Shown here: in pieces, positions 1 through 9,947 of the stretch
Numbering within the stretch: the first letter of the stretch is position 1
Layout of the letters: each line of letters begins with the position of its first letter
Assembly: GCF_041956535.1 (NCBI RefSeq)
Contig: NW_027192217.1
Location: forward strand, 240,196 to 304,195
Direction of reading: 5' to 3'
DNA length: 64,000 bases
From: Calcarisporiella thermophila CBS 279.70
Lineage: Eukaryota > Fungi > Calcarisporiellomycota
Notes under the pieces: generated by a model
The model's input: only the letters and a program-made list of their open reading frames with translations
Database searches by the model: none
Told to the model about the DNA's origin: nothing
Program-made: the position numbers and the translations under genes

Positions 1-1738
1 CTCAATTACCTGCTGCGACTTAAGAAATGCTCCGGGAGCCGGCAAGTCATAGTGGAAAGGATACGCTTTTTTCCACCTAGAATTATAATTGAGTTTGAGA
101 GTTTAAAATATTGATTCACTGTATCGGCTACTTACTCATTGATCTTTTCAAACCACTCTTTGCGTTGGTTTCCTTGTATCATTGGCAGTAGTTTAGCCAG
201 ATTTTCTGTTACATCCCCTTCAATCGCTTCCGTGCTCTCAACAACCTTATTTATGTTTTTGGGCATGATTTCAAAGTGAATTATTCCACCGCGGCCTTGT
301 TGGGCAGCTTGACGGGCTTCGGGAGCGAAAACTATAATAAAGAATCCAATATCAATAGACTGTAGTCAAGCAATAACAGAAAACTGAAAGTAGTTTACGT
401 TTTAGGTTGCCAGTGACTCGATCGTCAAAACGAGCGCCGAGAGCAATGATCACATCAGCATGCTGCATTGCCAAATTTGCATACGCAGATCCGTGCATAC
501 CAAGCATGTGCAGACTTTTTTCGTCTCGTTCATCGAATGCGCCAAGTCCTTGCAAAGTTGTAGTGACCGGAATATTACCCCGATTTGCGAGTTCTGCTAG
601 CAATTTTGGACCATCAGGCGAAGCAAGGATGCCTTGACCAGCATATATGACGGGTCGCTTTGCGTTATTGATGAGTTTAGCAGAGCGATTAATGGAGGCT
701 TCCCAGTGATTACTGTCGTATGCATGGAACGCTGAAGCAGCAGTATTGCTTGCGACTTTAGGAATTGAGGTTGTAGTCGGGATAGGCTTACGAAGGATAC
801 TCGCAGTGACATCTTTTGGCAAGTCGACCAAAACTGGTCCCGGTCGTCCAGAAGTGGCAATCTCGAAAGCCTCATTAATTCGCCGAGGCAACTCTGCAAT
901 GTCTTTGACCATGACATTCCACTAGGTTAAGTTGGTTTAAGTTAGTTTATTCTGATATTGCAGAATGAATAGAAAAATAGAAAAATACCTTAGTGCAAGA
1001 TCTGCTGATGCCGACAACGTCGGCCTCTTGGAAAGCATCGGTCCCAATGGCACTTGTCGGTACTTGTCCACAAAAAACAATCATAGGTGTGCCATCCGAC
1101 AATGCGTCCTGCATCGGAGTAATGACATTAGTAGCACCAGGTCCGGAAGTAACGAGTACAACACCAGGCTTTCCGCTAATGAATATTAAGTAAGTTGATG
1201 CGAGAATATTCAATTATTTATTATAAGAAACAAACCTAGCACGAGCGTAACCCTCAGCCATGTGTCCAGCACCTTGTTCATGTCGTGGCAAAATGAATTC
1301 AAAATGGGGTGATTTATATATAGCGTCAAACACCGGTAGAATTGCACCACCCGGATACCCAAAGACGTGCTTTACTCCATGTCTTGACATCATTTCATGA
1401 AATATTTGTCCACCAGTTAGTCCAACGAAAGAATCATCGTAAGGTTTTGGCTGCTTATTGCCAGACAGGGGATTTAGGGGGTAGAGGGGTGTTGCTGAAC
1501 GCTGGCCCGGTTGAGTTGAAGGTGTGAATGCTGGATCAGGTTGGTGACTAAAAAAAAATTGTCAGAATGACTGCGATAACACAATTAGGTGCATTGAGAA
1601 CTATCTGCAACTACTATACCTAACGGCCGAGCTTTTCCATCGTCTTGCTGCTGACAAGTATAGCGGGCGAGTGCGGGCAAAAAGGGTGCTTTTAGAATGA
1701 CATGCGATAGTTGAAAAGTTAGACATCATTTGTCTCAT
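1..1738 (-). CDS. ILV2: Acetolactate synthase large subunit, mitochondrial (multi-exon; 3' end runs off the left edge)
   Basis: Spliced translation contains [98 protein letters not shown]-terminus [14 protein letters not shown]... looks like a presequence; the start could be any of three nearby ATGs. Confidence 0.96.
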
Positions 1739-2319
1739 TATGTTTTTATAATAAGAATTGATTTGGAAAAGAGAAGGGAAGTCGGTAGTGGTATATATGT
1801 TCCAAGAGATTAAAACTGAAAGCAAATGATGATAAGAGCAGAATATAAAGGGAAAAAAGGTCGAAAAGAATATAAAGTGAATCATATCAAAACAGACATA
1901 TCGATCCAATCACAATGAAGTTTATCACGTGCGCTTTTTTATACATTTGCCACTGATATTAACCCCCCGATAATTCAAGGAAATCTCAAACTCGAGGTTT
2001 CGAGACACTACAAAGTTATAAGGAGAGAATATTTGAATCTATTCTGAAGTTCTCAGTGTATATGCAGAAAACCTCGCAACTTTTACAATACTGCGATATA
2101 AAAAAACCTAGATGCTGATAGACAGATACGGTAGTGCTTGTGAGCATGGGATATAAATTTGCTAATTTAATATCATAATGATTAAGCGTATATCTAAAGT
2201 TTACAAGCCACAGCTTTTTGCACGGAGTTGGAAACGAAGTTAGGAACAGATTTTATGGCACAGCACTACATAGTTTTTATAATATCAACATCAACACTTG
2301 ATTAATTTCCATTATAACG

Positions 2320-3267
2320 ATGATGTCAGGAGTATACCAGTTGAAAAACACCCTGCGCAAAGAGATGCGAAAAAAATTGAGCCAGCTACCCAATGAGTCT
2401 ATTAAAACAGAATGTATTGTATAGTTTTCTTGCTTAGCATTGATTCACACGTTTACGTTACTATTTAATAGCTAAGCTTGTTACCAATCAATTATTGGAG
2501 CTGCCTGAATTTCATGCGAGTAAAAATATCAGCATATACATTAATATGTCCGGAGAAATCATCACTGTAGACATTATCAAGAAGATATTTGAAACTAGTA
2601 TATCCAATCTTTTTATCACACATTAGCTATATTATTTTTAAATCAAACGTGCTCTGCAGATAAGAATTGCTATGTGCCCAGATGGAACAAGCATGAAATG
2701 GAAATGGTCAAGCTCAACGACTTCGAGGATTTTATAAGGCTTCCTATTAACCGCTGGAATATCCCTGAGCCCGCTCACGATGAACCACGAGAGAACGGTA
2801 TATAGAATAATAATCGTATTAGCCTATGACAGTATCTAAATGCCATTAAACCGTTTAGCACTCAATTCGGAGGGCCTCGACCTAATAATAATGCCAGGGG
2901 TAGCTTTTGATGCGAAAGGCAATAGACTTGGGCACGGAAAGGGGTAACGCTTTAGTTCATTATCAGCGCGTTAAAATGTTGGATTTATCCTTAAGTAATA
3001 TCAAACTGAAGGTACTACGATCGATACCTGACTAAATGCGATAATTGGGCCAAAGAGAATGGACGAAAATCACCAAAAACAGGTAATATCTAGAATGATT
3101 CGAATTCGATTTTGTTACAAGCCGGCCAATGTGTAATCGCATATTTCCAACTTACAGTCGCACTTGCCCTTGAAGCACAAATTATTGAGAGTGTACCCTC
3201 AGATGCGCAAGATAAAAAACCCGATTTGATACTTACTTCATCTCGGCGAATCGCGGGGAGAATATAG
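2320..3267 (+). CDS. FAU1: 5-formyltetrahydrofolate cyclo-ligase (MTHFS), multi-exon, absent from the ORF track
   Basis: Exons give KNTLRKEMRKKL...ISIYINMSGEI...YVPRW...WNIPEP...[28 protein letters not shown]...ALALEAQI; all joined by GT-AG introns; TAG at 3265-3267. Confidence 0.93.
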
Positions 3268-3663
3268 CTGTTTCAAATAAATCGAAATGCTATAGGAATA
3301 TCCCAGCTATCCATCGGAATAGCTGTCGGTGGCAAAAATTCAACGCGTGCAAAGCACGGATCTAGTTAATTCTGGCCACAAAGGTGGGTTGAAAACCCAT
3401 TTTCTGATTAGTGCCTTGAACCATGCAGAGAGGATGATAATAATAGATCGCTCAAAATAGATGCTCTTCCCATATTCCAAATTAATTTGATCCTGACTGC
3501 ACACATAAAGGCTTTAGGCTTGATATTTGTTATTTCGTGACTCCCTCGAGGGACCATGATTTGGAGTCCGCCATGAAACAAAAAGCCCAGATCCATGGAA
3601 GATGGTAACCCATGGATCAGCTAATAAAGGATATCACCACGATAGCACCGTTCTTTCTCGATT

Positions 3664-3670
3664 ATATAAA
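3664..3670 (+). promoter_or_regulatory. Putative TATA box of the secreted repeat-peptide gene
   Basis: ATATAAA about 100 nt upstream of the ATG at 3771, followed by a pyrimidine-rich leader. Confidence 0.45.
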
Positions 3671-3770
3671 GGCCCAAACGCAACGGCTCCCCGAAGATTG
3701 CACATACTCCACTTTGCATTTTCATTAATATCACATTTGCATATTTCAATTATTCCCTTCAATACCCACC

Positions 3771-4227
3771 ATGGTAAAGCTAGCTATTATTTCCACCCTA
3801 CTTGTGCTTGCCGCGTCTGTCTCCGCTCTCCCAACCAACCAACTCGAGGAGCGCACACTTGGCCTTATTGCGGCAGGTGCCCCTGCGGCGACGCAATGTT
3901 GCGCTAGGACTACTGCCAAGGAAAAACGCACTCTCGGTCTGCTTGGTGTTGGAGGCTGCTGTGAATTCCCCGGATTTAAGGCCAAACGCACTCTTGGCCT
4001 CCTCCTCCACAAGTGTGTTCGTTGCGCTGGTGTGTGCAGGCCTTGCGACAACAACGCCTCAACAAACAATAACGCTAACACGAATGTGAACACAAACACA
4101 AACGTCAACAACGTAAGATTGAAGATACCCTGTCCCACCATTTAGATTAATTAACTTGGATTTTTTATTTTAGAATAATAACAATAATAACAACTCGAAC
4201 AACAACAATGACGATGACGACGAATAG
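3771..4227 (+). CDS. Secreted Kex2-processed-type repeat precursor (3 x TLGL Cys-rich units, Asn-rich tail), about 131 aa
   Basis: Signal peptide [19 protein letters not shown]; units after EER, EKR and AKR each begin TLGL; intron 4113-4173 (GTAAGA...TTTAG) leads into exon 2 NNNNNNNSNNNNDDDDE*. Confidence 0.82.
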
Positions 4228-4395
4228 TTACATAATGAAGCATAGCTGAGCCATCGCATGGCTTGCGTTTGTTCTTCCCTCTAGTTTAAATAGTTGATGT
4301 TGGTTACCTTAAATAATAAATCTAGAAAACCTCTACTTTTATTGTTAGCACCCTCAAAAGGGGGAGATATTGATATAGCAAGGAAATGGTAGAAG

Positions 4396-5805
4396 CTATT
4401 TTTTTGTCCCATGTAGAGAATTATAGTGCTCTCCCAAACCGTAAGCATGCCGATGATATCTAATAAAAAGAAGCACATTTAAAAACTTTTAATGAAGGAA
4501 TTTTCCTAATGGCAAAAACTTACGATAGTAAAAGTGGCGCCTTGTCAGGGAATTCTTCTTCTCCAATTTTGACCATAGGGGAGCCCATTTGCACTACATG
4601 TATAGGCACTTGATAGGCCTTGGATAGCGCCAAGATCTAAGGTAAAATAGTTGTGGAAGTTTGTATGTGATTATGGAGGAGAGCGAAAGTTATATACCTC
4701 TAATTGCCCGCCCCAACTTGCGGTGTTTTCAATTTCGTTGCAATATTTTACAAAATCCTCTAGTAATCAATTAATTAGAGTTTAATAAAATGAATCATGT
4801 ACGAATACAAAACTAACCCGATGTATACATATCCCCATTGCTATTATAAAGAAAGGGGATAAAATCGTCAGGGTGTTCTCTCAAATATTCGGCTGCTTTT
4901 TGTCGCAATTCCTTATAGGATACCTTTTAAAGAAATATGTTAGATTTTAATATAGTGGTATATACTGGAATAATTCTGAATCTCCTACACTTGTTGCATG
5001 TCTTGTTTTGAGCTGATCGGATATAGCATTGTATAAGCTATACAAATTTTTGTTAGCAACGTTGAGAATATAGCAAAAGAGATAATATATGCTTCACCAA
5101 TGGCCGTCTGGAGTAATCTATAAGTGTATAAATTTAATATGCATGTTATTTTTAAAGATATTTTTAAACTTACCTCCTTCAACTCTAAACTCATCACCGC
5201 AAGCAAATCTCGAATAGCAGAATTTTCGATTTCCTGCATATTTACTTGCCCAGAAGCCTCTTTCTCCGCTTGTTCTCGCATTTCAACTAGCTTAGCTGCT
5301 TTGCGCTCCTTATTAATGAAATTATTAAATATTCATACCATCCAAGTCGAATGAAGCAAGATCTCAAATAATAACCTTGCGAAGCTGTTGACGATTGGGT
5401 TTTTTTTTCTTTACTGCTTGTGGCTGTTGATCAAACTGCTCCTCAATTGTTCCATCTTTATCTTCTTGCAAATTCATTGAATTCAATTGCTTTACGGTAT
5501 CAACTACCGAATCCTGAATGCAGAGCTAAACATTATCAATCATGTATAAAATATCTAATCAAAAATAACTTTACTTCATTTTCAGTTTTGGAAATCTGTT
5601 GATTTTCCGTTCGTGCTTGGAGCTCGTTTAATTCTTTTTGATGTCGATCTCGTAGACTCGCTTCTAATAACGCAATTTCTGCTTGTACCTCCTTTTTCTT
5701 TTTCTTATCCCCTTTGGTGGCAGTCTTCTTAAGCCCGGTTATGTGAGCCGTCAATTCTTTTAATTCTTTACGATGCCTGGCCTCAAGCTCCTCTAACGTT
5801 TCCAT
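4396..5805 (-). CDS. OTU2: OTU-domain deubiquitinase (OTUD6B/Otu2 family)
   Basis: METLEELEARHRKELKEL...KKKKKEV N-terminus; spliced ITPDGHCLYNAISDQL (catalytic Cys codon split by an intron), WGGQLEI, YHRHAYGLGEHYNSL. Confidence 0.92.
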
Positions 5806-5970
5806 TATAGCGATCAAATTCCCTCTTTAATATTTCAGCTCGAGTGATAAAAATAATGCACTTGAACAATAAAATTAATTCTCCCAGCCACCCGAAGTTT
5901 AAAAATTATTCATAACGTATTTCATTAAAAAAAAAAATTGTTCATCAGTTTGTTCTAAATCGAAGAGAAA

Positions 5971-7747
5971 ATGCCGGTAAGTATGCCTCGTAAGAAAATT
6001 TTGGGCATCTTATAAGTATTATATTGCTTACACCAATGCTTTTTAAACAGTACCCGATCTCGCCTTCGCTTGAAGAAATCCAACGAATTATTACTAATAA
6101 TGAAGGGAACACTGTGCCTGTTTATGCGGAAATTCCTGCGGATATGCTGACTCCAGTCTCTGCTTATCTGCGAGTTGCAGATGGTAATAGATACTCATTT
6201 TTACTTGAGTCTGTTACAGGCGGAGAGAGAATTGGCCGCTACAGTTTTATTGGGGCTGGTAAAATCATTCGAATATACTTGTTCTGCAAGACCGAAAGGC
6301 TAATATAGTATGACTTTCCTCATGAATTTTCAGGGCCGTATAAAATACTCAAGACTGGTGAAAATGAAGAGATCTGTGGCGATCCTCTGCTGGCTTTGGA
6401 AAAAGAAATGTCGCAGTTCCGATTTGTCAAAATTCCCGGACTTCCTTCCTTTACAGGCACCATATTTCTTGTCGCGTTTCTTATACTTCTTCATAACTAA
6501 TAATATACCAAATTCCTAGGAGGCGCAATCGGCTACATATCTTATGATTGTATCCATTATTTTGAACCGCGAACCGCAAGAGAACTCAAAGATCCATTCG
6601 GAATCCCTGATTCTATGTTCATGTTCTGCGACACAGTGATCGTGTTTGACCGCATTTATCAAGTTATAAAGGTGGTTTCTCACTATCGCGGGGAAGCTGA
6701 AGAGCCTTCTGCAATCGAATCTAAATACAACAAGGTGGTAGAGGAGATAAATCGAGTGATTCGTCTCTTAGAGTCTGAGCATACGCCACAAATCAAGCAA
6801 GAGCCGATTATTTTGGGGAATGAAGCTGTCTCAAACATTGGAAAGGAAGGCTATGAGAGTCATGTTTCCAAGCTTAAATACTACATTAGTGAGGGAGAGA
6901 TATTCCAAACTGTTCCATCCCAGCGTCTTACTCGTCCAACGACTCTTCATCCTTTTAATGTCTATCGCCATCTTCGCTCAATCAACCCATCCCCGTACAT
7001 GTTTTATTTAGATCTCGGTGATTTTGTAGTTGTCGGCGCCTCTCCAGAGATGCTTGTAAAAGTAGAGGATCGTATTGTTTATACGCATCCAATTGCAGGA
7101 ACCCGTAAACGTGGAAAGGATGCTCAAGAAGATGAAGAATTGGAGAAAGACTTGCTTAGTGACCCAAAGGAGCGCGCAGAGCATATCATGCTTGTGGATC
7201 TTGGTAGAAATGATGTGAATCGTGTGTGCAAACCTGATTCGGTCAAGGTCGATTCGTTGATGCATATTGAACGGTATAGTCATGTTATGCACATTGTCAG
7301 CAATGTCAGTGGAGAACTTCGACCCGAGAAGACGATTTTTGATGCTTTTCGAAGCATATTTCCTGCTGGTACAGTCTCTGGAGCACCTAAAGTCCGTGCT
7401 ATGGAAATTATTGGAGAGCTCGAGCAAGAGAAACGTGGTATTTATGCGGGGTGAGTTTCTTTTATGCCATTCTAAATTAGAACAGAAATTGACTACTTTT
7501 GGATTTTGCGATTAGATCTGTTGGCCATTTTGATTATTCTGGATGTACGGATACCTGTATTGCAATTCGTACTATGCTCTTTAAAGATGGCAACGTATAC
7601 TTGCAAGCAGGAGGTGGTATAGTGGCAGATAGTGTTGAGCACGATGAATATGAAGAAACCGTAAATAAGCTGGGCTCTAATCTTGCCGCTATTGCTCAAT
7701 GTGAGCAAAAAATTTGGAATGAGCAACAGTCCGCGAAGGTTGAATAG
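5971..7747 (+). CDS. TRP2: Anthranilate synthase component I
   Basis: [106 protein letters not shown]. First exon is only ATGCCG. Confidence 0.97.
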
Positions 7748-7933
7748 AGCGCTCTAAACTCTTCTGGATTAATTTGCTTTGAGTGACAAGCTTTCAAATT
7801 TGAGGAATAGAGCTACGTTAAGTTTTTTAATGTTTATTTAGTATTTCTCAATAAAAGAATACTTATTATCATAATATCGGACAAAAATTTAATAGGATAT
7901 CAAATATAATCATCTATGTTACACGTTTATTTT

Positions 7934-9328
7934 TTAACTAATTTCTCGATTTGCATTCTCAGCTGAGTCAAATAATACTGTAGTTGCACCCTCATCGGAC
8001 CCTTCTGGCTCTTCTTTCTGTTGGTTCTGTCGCTGCTGCTGGGCAGCATGCAACCGCATATCTAATGTTCGAAGTGCCAAGGCCCTTAAAAGATAACCAA
8101 AAGTTAGGACTAGTCTAGGGTTAGTAAACTTGGGTAATTCATTTTACTTTTGTCTCTCGATCTCGGACCAGGCAGTTCCTTGTGTATTTTGAGGTAAATC
8201 GGAGGATCGGTTAATATTGAATGGTTGACTAGAAGAGGAGATAGGTGGGCAACACCGCAATGATACTAGAATCCCATACGTTAGGTTGGAAATCATTTTA
8301 ATAGGTGGTCTATATTTAAGAAAAAAAAAAAGGGAAATAAAAGTTAAAACTGTTATAATATACTTATAAGCTTTAGAAGCCGCCTACGTACTGTATGACT
8401 TTAGGGAAAAAGCTGGCAAAAGAAAAGGTTTCGCTACGATCACCCAGTATACCATCTTGATATTTGAAAAATCTAATATACATCCATGATGTTAACCAGC
8501 CAAATAAAGCTAGGAAAAACTCAGGCTGGATCGGGAATATCACACATGCGATTGTCAAAGAAAGGAGGTATATTAGAGGAAAATACTTCATAGTATTTAT
8601 ATATGAGTGGGTGTTTATGGAATGTTGGTTATAAAATACATTAACTCACCTTTACTCTAAGCCTCAATACTCCGAAGATTGTAACTAGATGCTCAGGGAT
8701 GAGTTGCTTTAGTGATACAAGATACCCTGAAATGAGTGCTGCACCTCCACCAATTTGCGTTGAATACCTGGATAGTTTGGGGCGTATTAATGCTGGTGCA
8801 ATTCCACTAAAAAAAAAAAATTCAGGAACCGCGACAATGGCTTACAGATTATCAGCATTCTGAAATATTATGAATTCGATTAGAGAGACAATCCAAGCGA
8901 GAAGAACAGAGACTGAATTAACGACAAAAATAAATATGAAAAATTGGCGAGAGCCCCAAGCACGCTCAAGATAGCTCCCGCACACGGCAGTAGAGATTGT
9001 GTTTATGAAAAACTATATTAAAATAACATTCCCAAGTCAAAGAGAATGGATTAAAAGAAATAAGATGGATATTATATTTACAGTGATGATATGCTTTTCT
9101 AGAAATCCTGTAGATAAAATCGTCCAAGGAGACCAGAGAAAACTAGAAGGGACAAGAATTTTATAGCTACCAATATGATAGATTTTGAAATGAACGATTT
9201 TACGATCCAGGTACGACAATCAAATATGAGCGAATTTTGTCAATTGCCCCGAGTGATGAGAGAATTAAGATCGCCAAGATTATTAATCTGGTCGTAGTAG
9301 GAATGTTCTTAAGCTCTTGTATCCACAT
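7934..9328 (-). CDS. TMEM115: TMEM115/DUF1751-type Golgi integral membrane protein (rhomboid-like fold)
   Basis: Spliced YLIVVPGSFLWSPWTILSTGFLE, YLERAWGSRQF, LVSLKQLIPEH, GWLTSWMYIRFFK, GDRSETFSFASFFP, ALALRTLDMRL. Confidence 0.82.
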
Positions 9329-9947
9329 CTTGCTCTATTTTCTAAAAGCAGGTCATATTAGGGGGCTCAATGGGTGAATTTTGTGGATTATTGTGGCTTG
9401 TGCAGTACTTCGCGCTGGTAGCAGAATAGTTAACAGTATTTAGTAAGTTCGCATATCAAGGGAGGTGTTGCTATTCAGTAAAAGTAATCCACTTCGTATC
9501 TATTTTCTTTATTAATGCTCGATTTGATGTTACTAAATTCATGAAATAAAGAGCCAGCTTGTCACATAAAGTTATTGACGAAGGATAAAAATATCAAAGC
9601 TACCATTGATCGAAGCTCCGATTGCTAATTTATTAATTTTTATTGCCGTAGACAGTATCGTCCTTCACCCAACCAATTTTTAAGGGTTGCACGACCCGTG
9701 CTTAAGCAATAACAAGCAAATGGGTAGCGGAATTATTCGTCTCGCCCTTCTGATTTCGACTCATTCGCTTATCGTCCTGCTCTTCTCTTTTATTTTCTAC
9801 TCTTTATTTTTCTCTTCATCCTCAACTTTGTCACCTGCTGATACATATTCCATTCCTTTTATACTCTACTTTCATTATTCATTAACTCTATCTTGCACAG
9901 TTGCATATAATCTCCTCTCTCAGTTTTAGAGTGTGAGCCAAAAGAGA

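Noticed and set aside
1924-1931. ATCACGTG (Cbf1/E-box-like) between ILV2 and FAU1
   Set aside because: A single 8-mer cannot be distinguished from chance without conservation data.
3771-4145. Possible hydrophobin (8 Cys, secreted)
   Set aside because: The Cys pattern is CC..CC..C-C-C-C rather than C-CC-C-C-CC-C, and KR sites separate the cysteine groups.
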